Positions 9,645 through 20,174 of a stretch of 64,000 bases of DNA are shown piece by piece (positions within the stretch are counted from its first letter, which is position 1; every line of letters begins with the position of its first letter). The translations under genes were made by a program, and so were the position numbers. The notes beneath the pieces were generated by a model. It ran no database searches, was not told the DNA's origin, and saw only the letters and a list, made by a program, of their open reading frames with translations. Origin of the DNA: a virus. The DNA lies in IMG/VR virus record IMGVR_UViG_3300024513_000016, positions 32,001-96,000 of that record, one strand, 5' to 3'.

Positions 9645-12600
9645 TTATGAGAAATTATAGAGTGCTATATTACCATACCAAGTTGTACCTTGATTTGGAG
9701 TAATGAAAATCCAAATATCAGTTTTTCCTGCATCTTGAGTTCTAATTGGACTCAAGTTATTTGGGAATTTAACATTACTTGAAGGATTCCAAGAAACAGA
9801 ATATGGACCACCAGTTCCATTTGTTAAAATTAAAGTGAAACTGCTGCCAACATTAGGAAGATTAATTGGATTTGTGATTGTAAATGTAGAATTAGCAGTT
9901 AAAGTTCCAATGAATACATTTCCATCATTTAGATTAATATTTCGATTTCCTGCAATATCTCCCATGTTATAAACAGTTTCACCATATTTTTGTAATACAA
10001 CATCAGTAAGATTTTTACCATTAAATGTAGAATTTGCATTTACATTTATTGAAGTAAATTGTGCTGAAGCACGAACAGCCGCACCAATAACTGTACCATC
10101 AATATTTCCACCATTGATGTCAACAGTAGCAAGTTGTGCAGTGCCATCAACAATCAGATTTTGATTAACCGTTACAATTCCACTGATTCTTGCATTGCCA
10201 GCAACATTTAAATTCTTAGCAATACCCACACCACCAGAAACAACAAGTGCTCCAGTATTTGCATTATTCGATTCAGTAGTTCCAAGAATATTAACTCTAG
10301 AAGTAATAGAATTAGAAGCAATATTTACATTATTAGCATTACCAAAAGCATTAATTGTAGTAACGTTTGTATTGAGTAAATTGAATATTCCAGTTGAAGT
10401 AGATATAAAATTAGATCCACCTAAAGTCAGATCTCCTGAGATTAGAGTATTTCCATTTGGATCCACTCTTAATTTAGCATCTACATCAAAATTCTCATTA
10501 CCATATGGAACTGTTACTAGAGGATTTGCTAACTTCCAGCTATATCCATCACTTGTATCAATACCTGCATACCAACGAATATTTGAGTTATTATGAGTGA
10601 TGTCCCAAGACATTGCAACATCACCAGTTCCACCCTGATTAATCTTAAAGTGAGCACCTCTAAGATTCTGACCAGAATTATTTTGATATGATGTTATTGT
10701 TCCTGAAGATCCAACTCTAAATTTCTCACTATTGTTGGTAAAAATACTTACATCAGCAGAATCTACAGTAATTAATCTAAGTGCAGCAGTTCCACGATGT
10801 AAAATATCAGAAGTTACATTTCCAATTCCAGCAGATCTTCCAATGCGAAGTCCATAATCAGGGAATACTCTAACATCATTATTGAATTCTGCATAAGATG
10901 TTTGATTTGTATTACCTACACCAAGTCTCAATACAGATGCTTCATTAATATATGCAGTTACGACTCCTAAATTAGGTACACTAATATTTCTTGTCGTAGA
11001 GATTGAAACATTTCCATCCGCAACTTTGAAATTAGAGTTTACAATTACATCACCAGATTTAGATTTGAGAACCAATTCTCTAGTTTTGGTGTCAATAATA
11101 TGAGATGCTGCAATTCCTACTCTAATTTCATCAAGTTCAATTGAATCTACAAAAAGATTATTATTAATATAAACATTTCCTGAGAATGTAGATACACCAA
11201 CTACTTCTAAATGATTGAGTCTAGATATACCTCTCTCATGAATCTGAGTATAAGATGTTCCAAGTCCTGTGATTGGATCAATTCCAGTTCCAGTAAATCT
11301 TGCAGTTCTATTAACAACAATATCTTCAAATTCAACATCACCCAAACTTTGAGTTTGATCAAAAACTACTTGTCCAGTTACACGAAGGTTTTGAATTAAA
11401 GTATCACCGTTAACACTAAAATTATAATTACCTACGGCAATAGTCCCTATTCCAAGTTTATCAAATTTAAAGTCTAAAATATCAGGAGTTCTACTAATAG
11501 GTCCCCAAGGTCTCCATTCATTTTCCAAATAAATGTGTCCAATATAACCATTGGTTGGGTTTGAAATATAAGAAATATCACCAAGAGTTGGATTTGGAAT
11601 GATTGCAGAAGTTGGAGTAGATAATCCAACAGTAAATAGTTTTTCTTGAGATGCTGTTCCACGAATATAAAAATTCTTGGTTAAGATTCCATCTTCAGAA
11701 AGATTAGTGATCTTTTGAGTAAAGTTTACTGGTCCATAGAATTGAGAACTTTGATTATTATTTTCTCCACCTTCTACAGTAATTCTTTCACGAACAAGAA
11801 TTTCATCAAATACACCACTCAATCTATTGCTATTTTCACCCTCTGCATCATCACCAGTGTAAGTAAGAATTGGTGCTTCAATTACTTTTTCTTCTCCAGT
11901 TGCAGAAATAAGTTTCTTACTTCCTGAGAAAAATTCTCCACTGTCATTCATACCAGTATAAACTACTGTTCCACCTCTTTGCTCTCTTGCCTGAGATGTT
12001 AAAATATCATCCTCATCAAGAATTCTATTTTGTTTTTGTGGTAAACCAGTAGAATAGTTACCTGGACCATATCCAAGATATTCAAATGTATGTCCAGATG
12101 CCCTCATGAATGAAGGTCTACGTAATTCCATAGGAAGAACTTTAATCTTCTTAATTAAAGATCCTACAGGTGCAGTAGTTTTAACAGTTCCGAATTGTCC
12201 ACGGAGAATATCAAATTCATTACCATTTGCAGTACTTGCAAGTCTAACAATTTCAGAGTTTATAGCAATATAATCTCCTCTATAAAATCCATTAGAACTT
12301 TGTAGTTGAATAATTGTACTATTTTCTGTTATGCCTTGAGAAATAGTTGTGGTTACACCTGCATAGATTGTAGAAGCACGAGATCCTAAATTCTCTTCAC
12401 CTCTACCAAGATTTTTAGCATTAGCAGATATACCATGCTTAAATACAAATCCAGTAGTTGAAGATTTAGTTTCTGTAACGATTCCTACATTAAAGGTAAA
12501 TGTATTGATTCCAATGTTATCACGGACTACAAATGTACTATTGTACATCGTATGACCACTGCCAACTATAGAAATTTTATTTCCAGGAAGTAATCCGTGA

Positions 12601-15600
12601 GGTTGACTTGTAGTTACAGTAACAATTCCCGAAGATACATTAGTAAAACTAAATGAAGTTATTCCTACTCCTTTAGATGCCAAATATCCAATAGGAACAT
12701 CATTATTGCTATTTTCTACATAGGAAGAAATTCCAGTTGGATGATAAATTTTAATAGTTTTACTATCAAGAACATCGATAATTTTAAAAGTTCCATTCAA
12801 TGGAATTGTAGAATAGAATCCAGAAAGATCTAATGCATCATTTACATTATTATTAATATCCTGAACCGTAACTACAGCATTATTTCCAGCAGATCCTCCT
12901 TGAATTTCAAGTCTCTGTCCTACAGTATGAGCAGATCCAACATCAACCAATCTCAAAGTTGAAGGATTGATTGCACCAGTTACAGTAGTATTAAATCTAC
13001 AGGTAGCATCTTCTTCTAAAAGGAATTGATCTATTAGATTTGCACTATAGATGCTAGAACTAATTGGATATCCTGCACCAGGAGAAACTACAGATAGTGA
13101 CTTAATTGAATTTAACTTATGTTCTATATCAGTATAAAGGGTAATTGTAGTATTACCAGTTCCAGAAATAGAAAGTCCAGTAATACCAAATCCAACTCTA
13201 CTATTTCTAAGTAATTGATTTAATGCTTCACGAGTTGTAGATTTCTTCTTATCATCTGTTACAACTCTTCCTAAGATATTTAAATCTGCGTAACTGATCG
13301 ATGGTAATGGATCTGGTGCATAATTATCTCTATCTGTCTGTGGATAAAGATTTCTAACATCTTGATTGAAAGTTTTTTCCGATACACCATAACCAACAAT
13401 TTCTTCAGGTCTTACACTCGAAGACAACATAATAATGTGGTAAATACCATCTTGACCATCTTCACCTGGAATGTGTCTCTTGACAGTGTTTACACGATAA
13501 GCAAAATAATTATCAAGATATGATTCTCTAGATACTAAAGGAAGATCATCTCTTTGTTGTCTTGTTGTACGAGAATTTATTGCATTTAAGAAGTTTCCTG
13601 GATTAGTAGATACCCCAGAAATTCTATATTTAAATGATTTAGAATCTAATACATCAACAACAGGATAAGATCCATTGAAAGTAGAAACAATTCCTGTTCC
13701 TGAAGTATTATTAGTACTCTTAATCTTTTGAACTTTTACAATATCTCCAGGGATAAAGTTATGAGGAACTTCAGTAGTAATGGTAACTACTTGTGAATTA
13801 TCGACAATACTATCTGCTATTGCATCGATAATAACTTTTTCATTTCTCAAATCTACTGGACTCTGAAGGTTAGTGCCTTCATCAATAGTCAAACTAGAAA
13901 TTCCAACATTCTTAGATTCTTGAAGAACAAATCCTGCCTGAGGTGGTCTTGCAAAAGTATATTCTTTTGGAATTACATAACGAAGTTTATAAATCTTATC
14001 TTCAATTGCTCTATTATCTAATTTTCTCTTAAAATAAGTTGAAGGACTTTCCAATCCTAATATTTCAGTTCCAAGTCCAACTACTGCACCATAAATTTTA
14101 TTTTGAGCAGTGAATTGAGAACTTGTAAGATACCAAGATCCCACATTTTCATCCCATTGGACTGGATGACCTAGATCTCCAGGGAACTTATCACTTACTG
14201 TACTTAAAACAGTAATTCTTCCGCCATTATTTCCAATACCTTGAATTGGAGTTCTAGATATTGCATCATTTAATGAAAATGCAAGTTGTATTTGATTATC
14301 AGATAAGAATCCACCAGTAATTGCATAATAAACTTTATCAATTTGAATACCATCAGGTGCTTGACCTGTATCACTAAAAATTCTTACTCGTTCACCATTA
14401 AACAACTGATGGTTTTGAGTTAGAGTTAAAATATTTGAAGATATATTATTGAAACCACCAGTTCTTGCAATTGTATATTCTTTTTTCGATGTTACACCTT
14501 CTCCACCACCAGGGACTGGCATGTATATTGGAGATTCAAAAGTTTGAAGATCTGTTCCTTGAGTAACAGTTAAATATAATTTATCTTGTAATTTAGCACC
14601 AATTCGATATCCATCAGTCTGAGAAGGTGGTGCAACATCTTTAGTACTATAACTAGAAATATATAATCTCTTTAAAGTATTTGATGGATTTATAGTTTTA
14701 TAAGTATCAATTGATAACCAAGTTACTTGGTTTTCATTAGTAGTAATTTCTTTTGGTGGAATAATATGAGTGATGTATCCAACATCATCCCTATCAAAAG
14801 ATTCTCTTCTATATCCAACACTTTCTAATGAAATTGCACCAAAGTTTGAGTTAGAGTTAGTGATGGACATGTCACCACCACTTTCAGTTACAAAGTGCTT
14901 TGCAAAACCGATGGCAAAGATAGAGACAGATTGGATAAATCCATCATTAGAGGTTTTAATATGGAAATTTTCGTATTCTGGTTTATAAATTGCTCTAGAA
15001 TTAGTATGTAACGGTCTCTCTGTGCTGTTATTAGGAAGAGTTAAATTATCATAATAAACACCATCCTCATAAATCAAAAATGCATTATCATCTTTCTGAA
15101 GGGAGACTCCCGTGTATTGAGCAACAACCATGGATTTAAATCCATCTGCTTTACTACCATCTCCATGCATACCACACATACCATAAACTGAACGCAATGA
15201 ACAGTTAAAGATATATGGAGATGCGGAAGATACTGTATCACTTTCTACAACAACAGTAGCAGTGTCAAAAGCAGCAGGATCTGGCAATAAATTAGTAGGA
15301 GTAGATACTGCACTAAAAGTAAAAGTAGTTAAACCTACAACTTCTCTTACAACAAATGACCCATTATATGATGCAGGTTCTTCAGTTATGCCAGAGATAA
15401 GAACTGGGGTATCAATAAACAATCCATGTGGTTTAGGAGTTCCTGTTTGAAGATCTGCTGTAGTTACAGTAATAATACTATTATCACCTGTACCGTCACC
15501 ATTTCCTGCACGAATACTTGAAATGCCTAAGGGATTTGATTGAAGAGATCCAACAATTCTGTATTCATCTATACTTGGTTCAAAATCATTATTAAGTGGA

Positions 15601-16385
15601 TAATCACCCAAACCTCTTCCAGAGATGTCACCATATGCTCTGGCAACTTTATAATAATACATTTGCAGATCTGTAAGATCTGTTTGTTCATATCCAAGAC
15701 GTGCTTTATTTACTCCATCAGCATATGTAAAAGCTGTAAGTTTATGGTGAGAAAAATTAGGAACAGAACGATTGTCTGTGTAATCTTTAAATACTGTCTT
15801 TGTAGTATCTGCGTCAAAGAATGTAAATGTACTGAAGTAACAAGTACCAGTTACATTAAAAATACTAGAAAGATCGACATCATCATCATAAGGATTGGGT
15901 ATATAAAGTGGTCTAATCTTGGTTTTTCTAAGGTCTACACCAATAATAGATGTACCACGAGGAAGAATTACTCCACCACTAATAGAATTAAATTTATAAA
16001 GATCATTATTGGTATCGAAAATATCAAAATTTGAAGAAAAAGATAATGGATCTAAAGTAGTAGTCTGCCAAGTATCTTTACCTACTCTTTTTTTATATAC
16101 TGCACTACCATTAACATCTTGGATTGAATATCCTGGTCTATTATCAATATAATGAGTTGATGGATATACCATAATGGTAGTCCTATCATTTAAATCATTA
16201 TTCTTACCTTGTTGGTATGAAAATCTTGCTGCTTCAATTAATGCTCTTTGAATTGAAACAAATGGTCTTACAAGACTATCTCCACGATTCTCTATGCTGT
16301 CTGTAGCATCAAAATTGTTAGGATCGACATATAGTATATTCCCTTCAGGATTACGAAGGAAGTTGTCTAAACGAGATAAAGGCAT
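9645..16385 (-). CDS. Large virion structural protein (tail/baseplate-associated)
   Basis: 2246 aa; MPLSRLDNFL start, RPFVSIQRALIEAAR and SPYIFNCSLRSVYGMCG motifs typical of cyanomyophage giant structural proteins. Confidence 0.8.
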   Translation of the reverse strand: MPLSRLDNFLRNPEGNILYVDPNNFDATDSIENRGDSLVRPFVSIQRALIEAARFSYQQGKNNDLNDRTTIMVYPSTHYIDNRPGYSIQDVNGSAVYKKRVGKDTWQTTTLDPLSFSSNFDIFDTNNDLYKFNSISGGVILPRGTSIIGVDLRKTKIRPLYIPNPYDDDVDLSSIFNVTGTCYFSTFTFFDADTTKTVFKDYTDNRSVPNFSHHKLTAFTYADGVNKARLGYEQTDLTDLQMYYYKVARAYGDISGRGLGDYPLNNDFEPSIDEYRIVGSLQSNPLGISSIRAGNGDGTGDNSIITVTTADLQTGTPKPHGLFIDTPVLISGITEEPASYNGSFVVREVVGLTTFTFSAVSTPTNLLPDPAAFDTATVVVESDTVSSASPYIFNCSLRSVYGMCGMHGDGSKADGFKSMVVAQYTGVSLQKDDNAFLIYEDGVYYDNLTLPNNSTERPLHTNSRAIYKPEYENFHIKTSNDGFIQSVSIFAIGFAKHFVTESGGDMSITNSNSNFGAISLESVGYRRESFDRDDVGYITHIIPPKEITTNENQVTWLSIDTYKTINPSNTLKRLYISSYSTKDVAPPSQTDGYRIGAKLQDKLYLTVTQGTDLQTFESPIYMPVPGGGEGVTSKKEYTIARTGGFNNISSNILTLTQNHQLFNGERVRIFSDTGQAPDGIQIDKVYYAITGGFLSDNQIQLAFSLNDAISRTPIQGIGNNGGRITVLSTVSDKFPGDLGHPVQWDENVGSWYLTSSQFTAQNKIYGAVVGLGTEILGLESPSTYFKRKLDNRAIEDKIYKLRYVIPKEYTFARPPQAGFVLQESKNVGISSLTIDEGTNLQSPVDLRNEKVIIDAIADSIVDNSQVVTITTEVPHNFIPGDIVKVQKIKSTNNTSGTGIVSTFNGSYPVVDVLDSKSFKYRISGVSTNPGNFLNAINSRTTRQQRDDLPLVSRESYLDNYFAYRVNTVKRHIPGEDGQDGIYHIIMLSSSVRPEEIVGYGVSEKTFNQDVRNLYPQTDRDNYAPDPLPSISYADLNILGRVVTDDKKKSTTREALNQLLRNSRVGFGITGLSISGTGNTTITLYTDIEHKLNSIKSLSVVSPGAGYPISSSIYSANLIDQFLLEEDATCRFNTTVTGAINPSTLRLVDVGSAHTVGQRLEIQGGSAGNNAVVTVQDINNNVNDALDLSGFYSTIPLNGTFKIIDVLDSKTIKIYHPTGISSYVENSNNDVPIGYLASKGVGITSFSFTNVSSGIVTVTTSQPHGLLPGNKISIVGSGHTMYNSTFVVRDNIGINTFTFNVGIVTETKSSTTGFVFKHGISANAKNLGRGEENLGSRASTIYAGVTTTISQGITENSTIIQLQSSNGFYRGDYIAINSEIVRLASTANGNEFDILRGQFGTVKTTAPVGSLIKKIKVLPMELRRPSFMRASGHTFEYLGYGPGNYSTGLPQKQNRILDEDDILTSQAREQRGGTVVYTGMNDSGEFFSGSKKLISATGEEKVIEAPILTYTGDDAEGENSNRLSGVFDEILVRERITVEGGENNNQSSQFYGPVNFTQKITNLSEDGILTKNFYIRGTASQEKLFTVGLSTPTSAIIPNPTLGDISYISNPTNGYIGHIYLENEWRPWGPISRTPDILDFKFDKLGIGTIAVGNYNFSVNGDTLIQNLRVTGQVVFDQTQSLGDVEFEDIVVNRTARFTGTGIDPITGLGTSYTQIHERGISRLNHLEVVGVSTFSGNVYINNNLFVDSIELDEIRVGIAASHIIDTKTRELVLKSKSGDVIVNSNFKVADGNVSISTTRNISVPNLGVVTAYINEASVLRLGVGNTNQTSYAEFNNDVRVFPDYGLRIGRSAGIGNVTSDILHRGTAALRLITVDSADVSIFTNNSEKFRVGSSGTITSYQNNSGQNLRGAHFKINQGGTGDVAMSWDITHNNSNIRWYAGIDTSDGYSWKLANPLVTVPYGNENFDVDAKLRVDPNGNTLISGDLTLGGSNFISTSTGIFNLLNTNVTTINAFGNANNVNIASNSITSRVNILGTTESNNANTGALVVSGGVGIAKNLNVAGNARISGIVTVNQNLIVDGTAQLATVDINGGNIDGTVIGAAVRASAQFTSINVNANSTFNGKNLTDVVLQKYGETVYNMGDIAGNRNINLNDGNVFIGTLTANSTFTITNPINLPNVGSSFTLILTNGTGGPYSVSWNPSSNVKFPNNLSPIRTQDAGKTDIWIFITPNQGTTWYGNIALYNFS

Positions 16386-16435
16386 TTTATCAGAACTACT
16401 TACATTTCCTATGTTCTATTTAGGAGTTCTATATA

Positions 16436-16462
16436 CAACAAAACCTCCAATAAGGAGGTTCT
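16436..16462 (-). terminator. Rho-independent terminator
   Basis: AACCTCC-TTATT-GGAGGTT followed by TTGTTGT. Confidence 0.6.
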
Positions 16463-16527
16463 GAAGTCACACTTTTCGGGTCACTGTAGGAATTCCTCCC
16501 ACCGAATAAATTGTAAATTAAAATGTA

Positions 16528-16695
16528 TTAACTGTCAAGTTCTCCTCGCAGTTCAGCAAGTTTTGCTGTAGCAAGACATTCAACACATGTCCAATAGGTT
16601 TCACCACTAATAGGAAAATTATTATCCGTAAAGTGTGCTGCAATATCTTCCTGAAGCTCTCTAAGGTCTTGAAGTGTGTCTCGCTCAATGTACAT
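16528..16695 (-). CDS. Small hypothetical protein (55 aa)
   Basis: Manual translation MYIERDTLQDLRELQEDIAAHFTDNNFPISGETYWTCVECLATAKLAELRGELDS; has its own promoter. Confidence 0.75.
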   Translation of the reverse strand: MYIERDTLQDLRELQEDIAAHFTDNNFPISGETYWTCVECLATAKLAELRGELDS

Positions 16696-16722
16696 AATTA
16701 AGTTTTTTCATCCTACAGATTC

Positions 16723-16751
16723 ATTGTAGCAATATTCGAGTATCCTGTCAA
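16723..16751 (-). promoter_or_regulatory. Sigma70-type promoter
   Basis: TTGACA-17 bp-TACAAT. Confidence 0.8.
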
Positions 16752-19700
16752 GTGTCACCAAAAACCTTTGAATTCAACTTTCGAAGTTGTTCTTTTAGTT
16801 CTAAATTTTCTTCTTTTAAAGTTTTTACACTTTCAATAAGAAGACCAATTAAACCATTATAATTAACTGTCTTAGTTTCTCCATCAGTAACTAATTCAGG
16901 AATAACTGCTTCAACATCTTGAGCAATAACACCAGCAGATTGCTTTTTGTTTTCCTTCCAGTTAAAAGTTACACCGTTTATTTGAGAAACAATTTCTAGT
17001 GAATTTTCAATCTTATTAATATTTTCTTTTAATCTTCTGTCTGAAGTTGTATTATAATCAAATGCAGTTACAATACCAGGGAAATTTGCATTTCTTCCAA
17101 AATTAACATCGAGATCGGAGATACTAATAGTTGAATTTAAATTACTACTACTTCTGATTTCAGATGCAATAATCTTTCCTTGGAATGAAACATCACCCGA
17201 TGTGCTATACATATAGAATGAATTTGTTCCATCGGGTGCTTTAATAAATCCACTGGAAGAAATAAATGAATTTGCTGTTACAATTCCAGTAAAATTACCA
17301 GTAGTCGCAGTAATTGATCCAACTACAATATTTGGAGTTCCAGTAAGTCCCTGAGCAACAGTTGCAATTCCTGCTGAAGTTGCATAAGTTGCAATTCCAG
17401 AAGAAGTTGAATATGTAGATATTCCTGCAATACTTGCATAAGTTGCAATGCCTGCATAATTTACATACTGTTGATCAGTAAAGGTAATTGTTGCACCAAC
17501 ACCAATCGAATCAATACTTAAATTATTACCAACAAAATTTATTAAACTAATACTAGAAGCAGATCCAACTAAAACACCATTATCTAATAAAGTAATACCT
17601 TCAATTGCACCAGAAGCAGCAGCAGGTCTCCATTCAGGTTTTCCTGAGGAAACTGAAAGTACATATGATTCTGGACCAATTGAAAGGAAACTGGTAATAC
17701 CTACATTTTCCTGATAAGGTATTGCATATGAGGTTCCACCACTTAAATTGATCGAACTAGTTGCAGTTCCACTTAAATTTCCATAGAAATAATTGGCAGA
17801 TACTGAATCATCTGATACTGTTACTGCAGAACCTACTGCAAGTCTAACTCCATTTTTAACTTGAGTGGATCCAATACCAACCCCATAATTAAATAACCAA
17901 GCATCAGTAGTTCCTGTTCCAAGAGTTCCACCCTTTACCCAAGTTATCTGCTTATAAGTTGAAGAAATATCACCATTTGATAGATTTACTAATGGTGAAC
18001 CCTCAGTACTCGCAATCGAAATTCCACCATAATTAGCAGAAGTATCAGTTTCGTTATGAGATGTAGAGTATCCTAGAACAATATTCTTATCTTCTATAAG
18101 TTGTTCTACAACATTTAATATAACTTGTGTTCCATTAACAGTTAAATTGCCATCAATAACAACGTTATTATTAACTGTAAGATCATTTTGAATGGTTACA
18201 TTATTTGGAAGTCCAACTACTGGGGAAGACCCCTCACCAGTAGAAGATGTAACCTCAACTTCATTTACTGTTCCACTGATAGTCTTAACATAATCTCCGA
18301 AAGTATCAGTCCCCAGACCGACAGAATTTGGTTGAATAGTTGCAGCAATAGAAACATTTCCTGTTCCATCAAAAGTAACTCCAGAACCTACAATGTCACC
18401 AGTGATTGAAAATGTTCTTGGAGTTTGAAGTTTAGTTGATTGTGTAGATATTCCTGCAGTAGATGCATATGTTGCAATTCCAGAAGATTGTGAATATGCA
18501 GGTGTAGAAAATGTAATTACTGCTGTTGTTCCTACACCAGTAGCAGTAACATAATCACCAACAAAATCAATTGTTGCAAAACTGGAAGCAGATCCTACAA
18601 TATTTCCTTCATCTTTAATTGTAATCCCTTCAAGTTTAGATAGAATAAGATCCGTAAGATTCCCACCAGATCCATAAAATGCTGTAGCAGTTACAACTCC
18701 AGAAACATAAACCTGATTTGCGGTTACAATTCCTAAAGTAGAAATTCCACTGACATTTAAATTAGTAACTGATGCAATTCCACCAATTACGTTTGTAGAT
18801 ACTCCAGCAGTGGTTGCATAAGTAGCAATTCCAGCAATAGGAGAATAAACTGCTGTTACATTAGTTAATCCTGAACCATCTCCAACATGACTTCCACTAA
18901 AAATACCTGCAGAAAGTCTTCCTGAGAAAGGATTATAAATTAAACCGTTAGTTCTTACGGAAGTATATCCACTTTGACTAGTGAAAAATCCTACATAATG
19001 ATTTTGATTGCCTGAATAAGTACCTATTAAAACCTTATCGGAATTTGTAGCAATGCCTGCTGAAGTTGCATAAGTCGAAGTTGATGCATTTCCATCTAAA
19101 GTTCCAACAAAAGTTGTTGCAGTAACAACACCACTAAAATTTCCATTACCTGTAACATTTAGATCTGATACTATTTGTCCTCCGATAGACAAATTAGTAC
19201 TAATAGAAACTAAATTTGCATTTAAATATAGATCATTTGGACTCGTTATATTTGGAGTCCCAGCATTAGTAGAAACAAATGAATTTGCAGTTACAACACC
19301 AGTAAAATTACCATCCCCACTTACATTTAAATTAGTAACTGATGCAATTCCACCTATTACGTTTGTAGAGACTCCTGCAAAATCTGCATAAGTTGCTATG
19401 CCAGAAGAGGTTGCATAGGTTGATATGCCAGAAGAGGTTGCATAGGTTGATATGTCAGAAGAGGTTGCATAGGTTGATATGCCAGAAGAGGTTGCATAGG
19501 TTGCTATGCCTGCAGTAATTGCATAGGTAGCAATACCAGCATAAGAAGCATATTCAGTGTCAGTTTCTGAAAGAGGATACCAGAATCTACCACCCTCAGA
19601 AGTAGCAGTTGCAACTAAAATAAATACCTCTCCAGGAGGAAGAGGATTTGCCCCTATAGATGAGGGACCAACTAAAGGATCCCCAAGGTTAGGTTCAGCT

Positions 19701-19792
19701 TGCTCTAATCCTAAAAATTGATACCTATCAGGTGTGATATCAACTTGAGGAGTTCTTTTTACTCTCTTACTTAGGAACCCTTGATTTGCCAT
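16748..19792 (-). CDS. Tail fibre protein with C-terminal intramolecular chaperone (peptidase S74-like)
   Basis: SDRRLKENI...GVIAQDVE...VNYNGLIGLLIESVK followed by a coiled coil; AGIATYA repeats. Confidence 0.85.
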   Translation of the reverse strand: MANQGFLSKRVKRTPQVDITPDRYQFLGLEQAEPNLGDPLVGPSSIGANPLPPGEVFILVATATSEGGRFWYPLSETDTEYASYAGIATYAITAGIATYATSSGISTYATSSDISTYATSSGISTYATSSGIATYADFAGVSTNVIGGIASVTNLNVSGDGNFTGVVTANSFVSTNAGTPNITSPNDLYLNANLVSISTNLSIGGQIVSDLNVTGNGNFSGVVTATTFVGTLDGNASTSTYATSAGIATNSDKVLIGTYSGNQNHYVGFFTSQSGYTSVRTNGLIYNPFSGRLSAGIFSGSHVGDGSGLTNVTAVYSPIAGIATYATTAGVSTNVIGGIASVTNLNVSGISTLGIVTANQVYVSGVVTATAFYGSGGNLTDLILSKLEGITIKDEGNIVGSASSFATIDFVGDYVTATGVGTTAVITFSTPAYSQSSGIATYASTAGISTQSTKLQTPRTFSITGDIVGSGVTFDGTGNVSIAATIQPNSVGLGTDTFGDYVKTISGTVNEVEVTSSTGEGSSPVVGLPNNVTIQNDLTVNNNVVIDGNLTVNGTQVILNVVEQLIEDKNIVLGYSTSHNETDTSANYGGISIASTEGSPLVNLSNGDISSTYKQITWVKGGTLGTGTTDAWLFNYGVGIGSTQVKNGVRLAVGSAVTVSDDSVSANYFYGNLSGTATSSINLSGGTSYAIPYQENVGITSFLSIGPESYVLSVSSGKPEWRPAAASGAIEGITLLDNGVLVGSASSISLINFVGNNLSIDSIGVGATITFTDQQYVNYAGIATYASIAGISTYSTSSGIATYATSAGIATVAQGLTGTPNIVVGSITATTGNFTGIVTANSFISSSGFIKAPDGTNSFYMYSTSGDVSFQGKIIASEIRSSSNLNSTISISDLDVNFGRNANFPGIVTAFDYNTTSDRRLKENINKIENSLEIVSQINGVTFNWKENKKQSAGVIAQDVEAVIPELVTDGETKTVNYNGLIGLLIESVKTLKEENLELKEQLRKLNSKVFGDT
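19385..19545. repeat. 27-bp tandem coding repeat (ATYATSSGI/STYATSSGI)
   Basis: Unit GCCAGAAGAGGTTGCATAGGTTGATAT in about four near-perfect copies plus degenerate flanks. Confidence 0.9.
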
Positions 19793-19802
19793 TTCTTATA
19801 TA

Positions 19803-20159
19803 TTATTGATTAGAAGTTTCAAGAATACTGATAATAAACTTTAAATCAGTTGAACTACTACTACTTATAGTAATATAATCCCCTTGCTCAAGAACTAATT
19901 TTCCAGGCAATAAGTTTGCAGTATCATTACTAGGAATGTGAAAATTTTTAACAATTTCCGTAGAAACTGTTCCTACACCAGACACTACACGATTGTGATA
20001 CCAACTTAATGTTTGAGTTTCGTTACCAATATTTGAACATTGTGCAAGCAAAAACACTCCAACGAATCCAACGGGTGCTTCATATATATTTTCTGTCGAT
20101 AATCCAACAACTTTAGTAATTGTACGGAAATTATTTACTGCTGCTGCTGCAACTGCCAT
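19803..20159 (-). CDS. Small virion-region protein
   Basis: 118 aa; GKLVLEQGD motif common in cyanophage fibre-associated small proteins. Confidence 0.7.
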   Translation of the reverse strand: MAVAAAAVNNFRTITKVVGLSTENIYEAPVGFVGVFLLAQCSNIGNETQTLSWYHNRVVSGVGTVSTEIVKNFHIPSNDTANLLPGKLVLEQGDYITISSSSSTDLKFIISILETSNQ

Positions 20160-20174
20160 TTTTAACGTTCCTCC

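Noticed and set aside
16430-16510. tRNA gene
   Set aside because: Hairpins are present but there is no cloverleaf, T-loop (TTCGA) or CCA end.
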